From: Planctomycetaceae bacterium
GTDB lineage: Bacteria > Planctomycetota > Planctomycetia > Pirellulales > Pirellulaceae
Direction: 5' to 3'
Assembly (NCBI GenBank): GCA_002709225.1
Contig: PAQH01000022.1
Span: 1,907-65,906, forward strand
Length of the DNA stretch: 64,000 nt
Shown here: piece after piece, positions 20,673-30,306 of the stretch
How positions within the stretch are numbered: the first letter of the stretch is position 1
Layout of the letters: every line of letters begins with the position of its first letter
Translations under genes and position numbers: made by a program
The notes under the pieces: model-generated
The model's input: only the letters and a program-made list of their open reading frames with translations
What the model was told of the DNA's origin: nothing
Database searches by the model: none

Positions 20673-21893
20673 ATGGCCAGGATTCGAATCGCCGTGATGG
20701 TGACGTGCGTGACTCTGTTGTCTACCTGCGCCGGAGTGGCACACGCCGAGGGGAATCGACTGAACGAGCGTTATAGTCAAGGTTTGCACGCCTACTACGC
20801 GGGTGAATTCGCGGCCGCGCACAGCGCCCTCTCGGAGGTGATTAAGGGGGGGTTCCAGAATCCTTGCTGCTACTACTTTCGCGGGATGGTGAGTTACCGA
20901 CAGGGAGACAAGCAGGCAGCGCAACAGGACTTCCAGACCGGTGCGGAACGCGAGGCGAATGCGAGCCGCCAGAAGTTACCGATTTCCAAGTCATTGGAAC
21001 GAGTGCAAGGCGGAGCGCGTGTCATGATTGAGCGGGCACGTTTGCAGGCGCGGTTCGCCGTTCTGCAGAAGCGACTCGTTAGAGAAAAACAGCGCTACGA
21101 AGCCTTGGTTCGCAACGAGGCTAAGGTCTTGCGAAAAGCGCCTGCTGCACCGGGTGCCGCGGAGCCTGCGATCGAGATTACGAGCAAGGCCCCGAATGAT
21201 CCTTTTGTTGGTGGTGCGGGACTGACCGGTTCTGCGGTCCAAGCAGACGCCACGGCGAAACCGGCGGCGGTCGGTACCGGCGTGATTCCCGGTGGCAATC
21301 AAGAACCTGCTCCGGCACCCGCTGCCCAACCGGAAGAGGCGAACCCGTTTGGGGAAGATCCTGCCGCTGACGCAGACGCTGCCAAGCCGGCACCCGCTGC
21401 CCAACCGGAAGAGGCGAACCCGTTTGGGGAAGATCCTGCCGCTGATGCAGACGCCGCCAAGCCGGCACCCGCTGCCCAACCGGATGAGGCGAACCCGTTT
21501 GGGGAGCCTGCCGATGGTGCAGCCGCCGCTGAGCCGGTACCCGCTGAGCAGCCCGCAGCGGCTGCTCCAGCAGCTGCGAGTGGCGGCAATCCGCTAGCCG
21601 CGATCCTGCGTGCTTTTTCCAGGGCGACTGGAGTGGAAGGACTGGTGCCTTCAGCTGAACAGTTGGGGGGGGATTTGGAAGAATTGCTTCCCGTGAATCC
21701 GTTTGGCGGCGGGCCCTCCACGGCGACAGGCCGAGCGGCGACTCCAGCCAAGCCAGTCGAGAATCCGTTTGCCGAACCGGCTGCTGAGCCAAGCAATCCT
21801 TTTGACACGCCGGAGGAGGAAGCTGCTGCTCCGGCCAAACCTGCCCCGGCTGCCAAGCCTCAGACGCCCGCGGAAGAAAACCCCTTCGATTAA
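20673..21893 (+). CDS. Secreted TPR-like protein with Pro/Ala/acidic low-complexity tail carrying seven NPF motifs
   Basis: Track ORF is 20553..21893. ATG 20673, preceded by ggag, gives the signal peptide MARIRIAVMVTCVTLLSTCAGVAHA. A TPR-like segment follows (YSQGLHAYYAGEFAAAHSALSEVIK..YYFRGMVSYRQGDKQAAQQDF), then a coiled-coil-like stretch, then the tail with NPFGE x3, NPFGG, NPFAE, NPFDT and the C-terminal NPFD. Confidence 0.75.
   Translation: MARIRIAVMVTCVTLLSTCAGVAHAEGNRLNERYSQGLHAYYAGEFAAAHSALSEVIKGGFQNPCCYYFRGMVSYRQGDKQAAQQDFQTGAEREANASRQKLPISKSLERVQGGARVMIERARLQARFAVLQKRLVREKQRYEALVRNEAKVLRKAPAAPGAAEPAIEITSKAPNDPFVGGAGLTGSAVQADATAKPAAVGTGVIPGGNQEPAPAPAAQPEEANPFGEDPAADADAAKPAPAAQPEEANPFGEDPAADADAAKPAPAAQPDEANPFGEPADGAAAAEPVPAEQPAAAAPAAASGGNPLAAILRAFSRATGVEGLVPSAEQLGGDLEELLPVNPFGGGPSTATGRAATPAKPVENPFAEPAAEPSNPFDTPEEEAAAPAKPAPAAKPQTPAEENPFD
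21315..21512 (+). repeat. 75-nt (25-aa) tandem repeat, about 2.6 copies, inside the NPF-tail gene
   Basis: Units start at 21315, 21390 and 21465 (gcacccgctgcccaaccgga...). Units 1 and 2 differ at two positions (gac/gat, gct/gcc), both synonymous. They encode APAAQPEEANPFGEDPAADADAAKP. Confidence 0.9.
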
Positions 21894-22046
21894 TGTTCGC
21901 AGGAGTGCTCACCGCCGGCTGACCGCGTGGGAATCGCGGGTCTTAGACGCATGGAATCGCTGAACACCGCTGTTGTCCGAACCGCCACTGCCTCGCCTAC
22001 GCGGGGAGGCACGCTCATGCTGCGCCGTGGACACGAAAGGCCAAAC

Positions 22047-24932
22047 ATGATTTCCAGGACGCTACCGTTACGTCTGTTGGGTTGTCTTCTCTGGGGTGTG
22101 CTCGCAGTCGCTGCGGTTGCGAAACAAGGCTATGGTGCTCCGTCTATTTCGAAATTGTCCGTTCAGGGGCTGAGAATTGCCGGGGCCACTCGGGTTGTCA
22201 TTGATGGTGCCGAGCTGCTGCCCAATCCGCAGATCGTCCTTCCTTTCCCGGTTGCATCCCAGGAGTTGCAGCCGGGGGCGACAGCCTCGCGCGTGGAGAT
22301 TGAGATTGTGCTGGGCGAGGGGGTGCCCGTAGGTATTCATCAGTTGCGGCTGGCCACGGATTCCGGGATTTCCAATTCACGCCCGGTTGGTGTCGACTAT
22401 TTGCCCCAGTCTTTGTTACAGGAGACGTTGCAGACGCTACCGGCCGCTCTCAGCGGGTCCGTGGTGGCGAATCAGAGTTTGCGGATTCGGTTTTCAGGAA
22501 AGCGTGGACAACGTGTCGTGATTGATGTCGAAGCGCGTCGCTTGGGTTCGGCGTTGGACCCGGTTGTCCGTTTGTTGAATCCTCGGGGAACACAGTTTGC
22601 CTGGTCACCGCCGCGACCGTTGGTGGCGGGTGATGCCCGCTGTGGTGCGGAATTAATGGAAGACGGTGAGTATACGATTGTGTTGCACGACCGGCAGTTT
22701 CGCGGAGGTGCGGATCGGTTTTTCCGTTTGAAAGTCGGTGATCTCCAGAGCGCAGACCTGGTGTTCCCGCTGGGTGTCCAGCTCGGTAAACCGGCAGCGT
22801 TAGAATTACTCACGGTTGAGCGGAGTGAACCTGTGTCGGCAACGGTTGACGTCAGTCAGGCCGGGACGCGACCGGCTCGCGTCGACCAGCCGCTGCAATT
22901 TACAGGTGCGTTTCCGCCAGTACTCGTCAGCGACCATGCCGAGTTGCTGGAACAGCAGCGGGACGACGGCGCGCTGCAGGAACTGACAGCGGCGCCAGTA
23001 GCGGTCAATGGGCGTTTAACGGCGCCCGGAGAGGAAGATCAGTTTGTGCTGCCTGTGACCCCGGGATCCAAATTGCGGTTTGATGTTCGCGCTCGTCGCG
23101 CCGGCTCGCCGCTGGACGGTGTGTTGACGCTTCGTTCAGTAGATGGCAAACAATTGGCCAGCAATGACGACCGGCCCGCGACTTCGGATCCGGGCTTGGA
23201 TTTTACTGTTCCAGCGGGAACTACCAGGATCCATGTGGCGCTCACCGATCTCCAGAAACGAGGTGGTAGCACATTTGTGTATCGCGTTTCAGTTCAGGAT
23301 TTGGGGCGACCCGATTTTCAACTAGCGCTTTCCACAGACCGAGTCAACATTCCAGCTGACGCGGGCCAGTTGATTGAAGTACGCGTCAACCGTCAGGGAT
23401 ACCAGGGTGCGATCGAATTGACAGTCGTTGGCTTGCCAGCTGGCGTTGAGGTTACCAGCAAGATGATTGCGGCGGGGTCTCGTCGTGGATTGGTCAAGAT
23501 CACTGCGGGCGATGCCAAACCGGTGCATGGTTTGATTTCAATTCGTGGGCGGGCGACGGATGTGGATCCACCGCTGTGGCGTACAGCTGAACTGGCTGAA
23601 AACCCGATCTCCAAACTGCAGCCTTGGCTGCGCGGCGAGCTGGCCGTGGCTGTGGGACCACCGACACCCATTTCGTTGAGCTGGCAGATCGCCGATCCAC
23701 AGGTTCTATTGCGGGGCATGCCGCTCACGGTGCAGGCGCAACTGACGCGTCGAGAGGGGGTTCAGGGAGATGTCCGACTTCGCTTGCAGACCACACAGAT
23801 CATGCCCCGTAAGAAGGTCAAAAAAGACAAGAAGGATGTGATGGTTGATGATCTCGACCGAGCGATTCGTCTGGCGAATACGCCGCTGCTGTCGGGCGAT
23901 ACCAAGCAGGCTGAACTTCAACTTCTAGTGCCGACGGACCTCGCTGATCGTGACTGGGGCCTGACACTGGTTGCGGAATTGCTGTCCGCGGATAAGAAAA
24001 CCGTTGTTCAGAGCGTGCCGGCCGAGGTCTTCTCGGTGCAGACGCGGTCGCCTCTCACTGTTGAACTAGCCAGTGAAGCAAAAATCGAAGCCAAAGCGGG
24101 CGACGGTGAAACAGGTCGTTTCGCTGGAAAGATTGTACGGGCTAGTGGTTTTGACCATCCTGTTACGGTGACTTTGGCTGCGTTGCCCAAAGAGTATCCG
24201 GCGCCCAAAGTGGTGGTGGCAGGTGACAAAGATGAGTTTTCCTTGTCGGTGCGCTTCCCTTATGGAACCAAGGCCGGCGAGTTGAAGAACGTGAAACTGT
24301 TTGCGACTGCGGCGCCAGTTGATAAGAAAGAAAATCTACTCGTCCGTAGTAATGAGCTGACGGTTGAGTTGAAAGTGGTACCCGGCGAGAAGCCGCCGGG
24401 CGCGAAGCTGCTGTCGCTTGCGGAGGACCCAAAGAAGTGGATCAGTTACCTGAGTAAAGGTGGCGGAAAGATCAGTCTTGAGTTGGGAGACAAGTTTTCC
24501 GGAGATAGCAGCATCAAGGTGACCCCTGATCAGCGCTACAACGAGCTGCTGCCCGGATTGGGATTGAAAATCCGTGAAAACCCAGCAGAGGGTGAGTATC
24601 GCTATTTGCAGTTCGCCTGGAAAAAGAAGGGTGGCCAGTCGATTTGCCTGCAGTTGAACCACGATGGAAACTGGGGGCCTGCTGAAGCTGCCAAGCCCGG
24701 CGCCAAGTTTCGCTACCACTCGGGTCCTGGGCCAGAGTGCTACGGCGCTTCGGTATTAATTGACAAGCAACTCCCTGAGGAATTCGTGCTGGTGACGCGT
24801 GATTTATTTGCCGATTTTGGTGAGTTCACACTCACGGGTTTGGCACTGTCGCCAGTTGATGGAGAATTCGGGCTGTTTGACCATCTCTTTGTGGCGCGCC
24901 AGGCAAGTGACTTGGAAGCGGTCAAACCCTAG
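22047..24932 (+). CDS. Large secreted protein with two PPC-like (pre-peptidase C-terminal) domains; function unknown
   Basis: Track ORF is 21927..24932. ATG 22047 gives MISRTLPLRLLGCLLWGVLAVAAVA, a signal peptide. PPC-like segments: GQRVVIDVEARRLGSALDPVVRLLNPRG..GEYTIVLHD and GSKLRFDVRARRAGSPLDGVLTLRSVDGKQLASNDD..FVYRVSV. Confidence 0.75.
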   Translation: MISRTLPLRLLGCLLWGVLAVAAVAKQGYGAPSISKLSVQGLRIAGATRVVIDGAELLPNPQIVLPFPVASQELQPGATASRVEIEIVLGEGVPVGIHQLRLATDSGISNSRPVGVDYLPQSLLQETLQTLPAALSGSVVANQSLRIRFSGKRGQRVVIDVEARRLGSALDPVVRLLNPRGTQFAWSPPRPLVAGDARCGAELMEDGEYTIVLHDRQFRGGADRFFRLKVGDLQSADLVFPLGVQLGKPAALELLTVERSEPVSATVDVSQAGTRPARVDQPLQFTGAFPPVLVSDHAELLEQQRDDGALQELTAAPVAVNGRLTAPGEEDQFVLPVTPGSKLRFDVRARRAGSPLDGVLTLRSVDGKQLASNDDRPATSDPGLDFTVPAGTTRIHVALTDLQKRGGSTFVYRVSVQDLGRPDFQLALSTDRVNIPADAGQLIEVRVNRQGYQGAIELTVVGLPAGVEVTSKMIAAGSRRGLVKITAGDAKPVHGLISIRGRATDVDPPLWRTAELAENPISKLQPWLRGELAVAVGPPTPISLSWQIADPQVLLRGMPLTVQAQLTRREGVQGDVRLRLQTTQIMPRKKVKKDKKDVMVDDLDRAIRLANTPLLSGDTKQAELQLLVPTDLADRDWGLTLVAELLSADKKTVVQSVPAEVFSVQTRSPLTVELASEAKIEAKAGDGETGRFAGKIVRASGFDHPVTVTLAALPKEYPAPKVVVAGDKDEFSLSVRFPYGTKAGELKNVKLFATAAPVDKKENLLVRSNELTVELKVVPGEKPPGAKLLSLAEDPKKWISYLSKGGGKISLELGDKFSGDSSIKVTPDQRYNELLPGLGLKIRENPAEGEYRYLQFAWKKKGGQSICLQLNHDGNWGPAEAAKPGAKFRYHSGPGPECYGASVLIDKQLPEEFVLVTRDLFADFGEFTLTGLALSPVDGEFGLFDHLFVARQASDLEAVKP

Positions 24933-25018
24933 TTGATTGTTTTCTTCACCAGGCAATCTGTTGGAGTAATCGGGAAGTCATTCACACTCGGAAGATTGCG
25001 CGCCAGGGATTGGTTGAA

Positions 25019-25843
25019 ATGACAGCGGCAGCGGCGGATATTGAGGTTGTCAACGCGGATTTCCCCCGGGGCCCGTTTCGCGCGGCGATCTTCGATTTTG
25101 ATGGGACATTGTCATTGCTGCGCCGCAACTGGCAAGACGTGATGATTCCCATGATGGTCGATTTGTTGGCAGCGACCGAGACGACGGAGACCCGCGATCA
25201 GCTGGCAGTCGTCGTTGAAGATTTTGTCATGCGGTTGAACGGCCGGCAGACGATCTACCAGATGATGCAGCTCTGTGAGGAGTTGCGGGCTCGAGGATCC
25301 AGTCCGCTGACTCCGTTGGAATACAAGCATCAGTACCACGATAAGTTATGGCGGCAAGTTGAGCAGCGTGTGAACTCCGCAAGGCAGCATGCGGATGCGC
25401 GGGCGCAGATGATCGTGCCCGCTGCCGACCAGTTTCTGCAAGACGTCCAAGCCGCTGGCGTCGAGATGTACCTGGCATCCGGTACCGATTTGGTGTACGT
25501 ACGGGATGAAGTGGAGGTGTTGGGCTTGGCCGAGTTTTTTGGCGAGCGAGTGTACGGTGCCCTCGACGACTACCAGAATTTCTCCAAAGCGATGATCATC
25601 GAACAAATCACGCGTGCTGCGGGTGTGCCGGGTGTTGCCCTGCTGGGTGCTGGGGACGGTTATGTTGAAATTGAAGAAATCAAGAAAGTCGGTGGTTTGG
25701 CTATTGGTGTTGCCAGCGATGAGGAGGCTCGCACAGGAATCAATGATTGGAAACGTCACCGGCTGATCGCGGCGGGAGCCGATATTATCATCGGTGATTT
25801 TGGTTGCCATGCGGAATTGTGCCAGTTGATTGGCCTGGTATAA
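25019..25843 (+). CDS. HAD-superfamily hydrolase/phosphatase
   Basis: Motif I AIFDFDGTLS (DxDGT). A late GAGDGYVEIEE acidic motif is present. The track start 25010 is TTG; the first ATG is at 25019. Confidence 0.7.
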   Translation: MTAAAADIEVVNADFPRGPFRAAIFDFDGTLSLLRRNWQDVMIPMMVDLLAATETTETRDQLAVVVEDFVMRLNGRQTIYQMMQLCEELRARGSSPLTPLEYKHQYHDKLWRQVEQRVNSARQHADARAQMIVPAADQFLQDVQAAGVEMYLASGTDLVYVRDEVEVLGLAEFFGERVYGALDDYQNFSKAMIIEQITRAAGVPGVALLGAGDGYVEIEEIKKVGGLAIGVASDEEARTGINDWKRHRLIAAGADIIIGDFGCHAELCQLIGLV

Positions 25844-25965
25844 GGCCACCAGTGATGTTTCGGTTGTAGCGTTGATGGAATCTATGGAGAGCCGGAGTTT
25901 GCGGTGGGGCAAACGTAGTTTCTTGCTTACTGTGAATACAGCCGGTGTTGCCTTGCGGATTTGCC

Positions 25966-26940
25966 ATGTATCCCCAATTCGATCGACGCCGCCTGTTGAT
26001 TAAGCCCTTGGCGGAGCGTGAACACGATCTGTCTCACGGCCACTTGCTTGAGTTGGAGGCCGAGCCCGAGCCATTGGACGACGCCAGCCAACAGGAGATC
26101 GATAAACTGGGGCATGCCTTGGTAGCGGCGCGCCAATGTCAGGCGTCGTCGCTGATGCTGATGGGTGCGCATGTGATTCGCGCCGGGGTTGCTCGCCAAT
26201 TGATCGATCTCATGGAACGGGGATTGATTACACATATAGGTATGAATGGCGCGGGGCCGATTCACGATTACGAGTTGGCACGCATCGGTGCGACTTGCGA
26301 AAGCGTACCTCGTTATATCCGTTCAGGAGAATTCGGATTGTGGCGCGAGACCGCGGAATTGAACGAGATTGTTCGCGCGGGCGCCGCTGCTGGATTGGGT
26401 TTGGGAGAGTCGATTGGACAGGCGATTATGGATAGTGATTTTCCCCATAAAGAGACCAGTGTACTGGCAGCGGGGGTGCGGTTAGGTGTTCCCGTCACCG
26501 TGCACGTGGGAATTGGCTATGACATTATTCATGAACATCCCAACTTCGATGCGTCGGCGTTTGGGACGGCCAGTTATCGTGATTTCTTGACGGTCTGTGA
26601 CACCGTTGAACGGTTGCAGGGTGGTGTATTCTTGTGTGTTGGATCTGCTGTCATGGGGCCCGAAGTGTACCTCAAGGCGTTGTCGATGGCTCGTAATGTC
26701 GCGCACCAGGGCGGTAAACAGATCAACCGATTTACGACCGCGGCTTTCGATCTGTTACCGATAGACCGCGATTTCCAGGCTGAACCCGCCAAGACGGATC
26801 CGCGTTACTATTACCGGCCCTGGAAGACCGTGCTTGTGCGCACAGTAGCTGACGGCGGGCAGAGCCTCTACATTTGTGGAGACCACCGACAGACGCTGCC
26901 GCGGTTGCGGCAGGCGGCAATCGCAGCAGCTCGTGAATAA
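25966..26940 (+). CDS. Conserved hypothetical protein, possibly deoxyhypusine-synthase-like fold
   Basis: Track ORF is 25945 (GTG)..26940, with an ATG at 25966. LMLMGAHVIRAGVARQLIDLMERGLITHIGMNGAGPIHDYELA and SVLAAGVRLGVPVTVHVGIGYDIIH resemble, from memory, the DHS pattern (L.G..s..I.sG.r..i..L......vd.ivttaGg.eeD). The assignment is tentative. Confidence 0.6.
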   Translation: MYPQFDRRRLLIKPLAEREHDLSHGHLLELEAEPEPLDDASQQEIDKLGHALVAARQCQASSLMLMGAHVIRAGVARQLIDLMERGLITHIGMNGAGPIHDYELARIGATCESVPRYIRSGEFGLWRETAELNEIVRAGAAAGLGLGESIGQAIMDSDFPHKETSVLAAGVRLGVPVTVHVGIGYDIIHEHPNFDASAFGTASYRDFLTVCDTVERLQGGVFLCVGSAVMGPEVYLKALSMARNVAHQGGKQINRFTTAAFDLLPIDRDFQAEPAKTDPRYYYRPWKTVLVRTVADGGQSLYICGDHRQTLPRLRQAAIAAARE

Positions 26941-26945
26941 AGATC

Positions 26946-27971
26946 ATGATTGGCCAAGAACGCTTACAGGGATTGTTGGAACAGTTCCCAGGGCAAAGGA
27001 TCGGGTTACTTGGTGACCTGTTTTTGGATCGCTATCTGGAACTGGCTGCGGACGTCTGTGAGCACTCCATTGAAACCGGATTGGAAGCGTACCAGGTCGC
27101 GTGTGTGCGCAACGCGCCTGGCGCGTTAGGTACTGTTCTGAACAATCTGGCGGCACTGGGAGTCGGAGAACTCGTGCCGATCACCGTGATCGGCGATGAC
27201 GGACACGGTTTTGATTTGCTCAAGCAGCTGTCAGTACTGCCGGTCAATTGCCAACACGTGTGCCAGTCTCAGCAACGTATGACGCCCACTTACACCAAGC
27301 CACTACGGCCTGTTGCCGGAGGGTGGGAGGAACTCCATCGGCTCGATGTACGGACACGGGCGCCTTTGAATCCGGAGGATCTCGGTTGGGTTATCGAGAA
27401 CTTGAAGATCGTGTTTGCGGAGACAGACGGGCTGATTGTGCTCGACCAGATCGATGAAGATGAGTGGGGAGTGGTAGGAGAGGCTGTCCGTGGCACGCTG
27501 TTGGAATTGGTGCGTGGAGACCCGGACAAACTCGTGTTCATTGACAGTCGCAGTCAGATCAGCCAGTTTTGCTGTGGCCACCTGAAGGGGAATCGGGACG
27601 AATTTATCCGCGGGTTGCAGCGACTAGAAACCGCCGGAGCGGCTGACTCCAAAGATGCGGTGCGGGCGTTGGCAGCGCGGACTGGCCGAGTCGCCTTTTG
27701 CACCATGGGCGAACAGGGTGTCCTGGTGGCCTTTCCCGATGGCGTTATCGAGGTCGTTCCGGGTGTTGTTGTTGATGAGCCGGTTGATATCGTGGGTGCG
27801 GGCGATGCGGTGACGAGTGCGACGGTGGCGGCGCTGCTCGCTGGTGCAACGCCGGTCGAAGCGGCGACTCTGGGAAACCTGGCGGCGTCCATTACGATTC
27901 GCCAATTGGGGACTACAGGAACAGCTTCCCCCGATCAGCTATTGAACGCCGTTTGTCAGGTGGTCCGTTGA
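26946..27971 (+). CDS. PfkB-family sugar kinase, HldA/RfaE-domain-I-like
   Basis: The N-terminus IGLLGDLFLDRYL resembles the heptose-7-P kinase pattern (vGD.mLDrY). NNLAALG is present. The PfkB signature DIVGAGDAVTSA lies near the C-terminus. The start is 5 nt after the stop of the preceding gene. Confidence 0.75.
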   Translation: MIGQERLQGLLEQFPGQRIGLLGDLFLDRYLELAADVCEHSIETGLEAYQVACVRNAPGALGTVLNNLAALGVGELVPITVIGDDGHGFDLLKQLSVLPVNCQHVCQSQQRMTPTYTKPLRPVAGGWEELHRLDVRTRAPLNPEDLGWVIENLKIVFAETDGLIVLDQIDEDEWGVVGEAVRGTLLELVRGDPDKLVFIDSRSQISQFCCGHLKGNRDEFIRGLQRLETAGAADSKDAVRALAARTGRVAFCTMGEQGVLVAFPDGVIEVVPGVVVDEPVDIVGAGDAVTSATVAALLAGATPVEAATLGNLAASITIRQLGTTGTASPDQLLNAVCQVVR

Positions 27972-28108
27972 CTGCTCGTAGATTTGCCTGTCGACGTGGG
28001 CCTCGCCCCGCCACTTTGTAGAAACAGAGTGCTACCGCCGATCGAGGTGACACTGGTTGGTTGGACACTGTTTAGCATGCCACATAGCGATGACCTGTAG
28101 AGAACTCT

Positions 28109-28990
28109 TTGATCGGGAGCTTGATTGTGTACGCCAACGTTCGCGGTACCCGCTTGTATTTTGACGTGGATGGGATGGGACTGGTTCCCAACGGCGGCCG
28201 CATGGAGCCGCGGCCCCCGTTGTTTCTATTACACGGAGGACCTGGTGGTGACCACTCCAGTTTCAAGACGTCGGTGAACGGGCTGGCTGACGTGGCTCAG
28301 TTGATTTACCTCGATCACCGGGGCAGCGGTCGTAGTGCAGCAGCCCCGGTCGCCAATTGTACGTTAGATGAGAACATTCAGGATCTGGAAGCGGTGCGGT
28401 CCTATTTAGGACTTGAACAAATCGCTGTCCTGGGATCGTCCTATGGTGGCATGGTGGCACAAGGTTACGCAATTCGCTATCCGCAGCACATCGATCGTCT
28501 GATTCTCGTGGCCACCGCCCCGAGTTTTCGATTTCTCGAGGAAGCGCGGCGCATCGTTCAAGAGCGGGGAACGCCAGACCAAATACGTGTTTGCGAAATA
28601 CTTTGGAGTGCGGGATTTACATCCGTGGAACAGCTCTACGAATATTACAAAACAATGGGGCCGCTGTACTCCACAGCTTTTGACAGTGATAAATTTGAAG
28701 CGGGTTGGCAGCGTGGGATCCGGAATTTTGCACAATTGAACAGCGGGTTTGGTGGTTTTCTGAGAGAGTTTGACTACACCGAGCGGTTGCGCGAGATTGA
28801 CTGTCCGACATTGGTTTTGGCGGGCGCGTTGGACTGGATTTGTCCCCCGTCGCAGTCGCAGTTGATTGCGGATCGGATCTCCGCGGCGCGTTTGGAGGTG
28901 TTTGCGGCCAGCGCACACTCCATTGCCCAAGACGAACCGGAGAAGTTTATGACGCTCGTACGGGCCTTCTTGCAGGAACGCGTCGCATAG
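28109..28990 (+). CDS. Alpha/beta hydrolase, proline iminopeptidase-like (S33)
   Basis: LLHGGPGG oxyanion-hole motif and GSSYGG nucleophile elbow (GxSxG). The start is uncertain. Track start 28109 is TTG, and GTG 28127 preceded by gggag is an alternative. Confidence 0.75.
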   Translation: MIGSLIVYANVRGTRLYFDVDGMGLVPNGGRMEPRPPLFLLHGGPGGDHSSFKTSVNGLADVAQLIYLDHRGSGRSAAAPVANCTLDENIQDLEAVRSYLGLEQIAVLGSSYGGMVAQGYAIRYPQHIDRLILVATAPSFRFLEEARRIVQERGTPDQIRVCEILWSAGFTSVEQLYEYYKTMGPLYSTAFDSDKFEAGWQRGIRNFAQLNSGFGGFLREFDYTERLREIDCPTLVLAGALDWICPPSQSQLIADRISAARLEVFAASAHSIAQDEPEKFMTLVRAFLQERVA

Positions 28991-29310
28991 CGGGTGGGAC
29001 CTGACATAGATCGTACGAGGAAGTCTGATGTCTGTCGGGCCGTCGGCGGATGATTCTTGCTGAGCTTGTTCCGGTAGCCAAGTTGCGGTAGTCAAGAGGA
29101 GTCCCCAGAATGGGAGAGTCGACTGATGCGATCGGGCGGACGTTCTCGTTCCGGTAATGACGCATTCGCTTGTCCTTAATTGGGAGGCAAGTTCAAGGCC
29201 CCGATCGATGGTCGCATAGCGTTCCAGTAACGTCCTGGCTGATCAGGATCGGTATGTTGCTGTACCGGGGCGCAACGCGGTTCTGAATTAGTACTGACCT
29301 GGAGGCCTCG

Positions 29311-30306
29311 ATGTCCATGTCTACGAATTGGCCTGAGATTGAACAGTTTGAAATGCCGTTGCCAGCGGAGTTGCGCGCGCCGATAGTACGGCTTTGGGAA
29401 CGAACGTTCGAGACTTCCTACGCGCCGTTTGAACTGGTCTTGGCAGGTTCTGAGAACGACGCCAATCGGAATGTAGTATTTGTGGTTCGTCAAGAGGCTG
29501 CCGTCGTGGCGTCCTGTCAGTTGACCATTGCCCGCAATGGCGTTTTGTTGGGGGGAGTGGGTGAAGTTGCCGTCGATGACGCACATCGCAAACAGGGATT
29601 GGCCACTCGGCTGTGTCGGCAGGCACGTGACTGGTTTTGGGGGCAGCGAGGAGAGGTTGTGTTCTTGGGCACCGTCAATCCCGCGGCGGCCAGAATTTAC
29701 CGACGGTTAGGTTGGAATCGTCTGCCCGGGACGACTGTGATGGCGGCGACGCGGGTAGGTGCTTGGCCCGAGAGTTTTCTGGTAGATCACTTTCGTAGCG
29801 GTTCCGGTGAAGTTTCGCTTCGTCCATTGGATGCGGCAGCTCGTTTGCCGATTATCCCACTCGTCCTGGTGGCTCACCCGTGGCAAGTTCTGGATGTGAA
29901 TCTCGGGTTGAGTTCCATACGATTTACCCGGCAGGACCGCTGTATGAGCCTTTATCCACTGTATCAGCGTCTGGCGGAGCTTCCGGGTGGGCAGGTCATG
30001 GCCGCCTGGACGCCTGACGGCCGCCTGGTTGGTTTGGCGTCGGCATGCCCGCGGTCACCTGGAGTCGTCCGCCTGGATGGTTTTAGTCATCCTCAATTCT
30101 TGGATTCTTGGGACGTCCTGATCCGCAGTCTGCTGCGAAGGTGCCTGCAGCAAGGGGCCACGGTTTGCGCTGTCGTTTCGTCTGAGGACGAGGAGAAACG
30201 GGCGCGTTTCGCGGCGCTTGGGTTTGTTGTCGATGATGCCACCGAAGAAATAACGATTGCCGAAGACCGATTGTCGGCGCAACGCTTGGCTTATCGGGGC
30301 GAATAG
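29311..30306 (+). CDS. GNAT-family N-acetyltransferase (two-domain)
   Basis: ATG is preceded by ggagg. Acetyl-CoA motif A-like segment VAVDDAHRKQGLATRLCRQARDWF. Confidence 0.65.
   Translation: MSMSTNWPEIEQFEMPLPAELRAPIVRLWERTFETSYAPFELVLAGSENDANRNVVFVVRQEAAVVASCQLTIARNGVLLGGVGEVAVDDAHRKQGLATRLCRQARDWFWGQRGEVVFLGTVNPAAARIYRRLGWNRLPGTTVMAATRVGAWPESFLVDHFRSGSGEVSLRPLDAAARLPIIPLVLVAHPWQVLDVNLGLSSIRFTRQDRCMSLYPLYQRLAELPGGQVMAAWTPDGRLVGLASACPRSPGVVRLDGFSHPQFLDSWDVLIRSLLRRCLQQGATVCAVVSSEDEEKRARFAALGFVVDDATEEITIAEDRLSAQRLAYRGE

Noticed and set aside
21178-21912. 244-aa and 185-aa minus-strand ORFs opposite the Pro/Ala-rich NPF-tail gene.
   Set aside because: They are low-complexity mirror images of the repeat region. 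The plus-strand frame has a signal peptide, a TPR segment and synonymous-only repeat divergence, which supports it as the coding frame.
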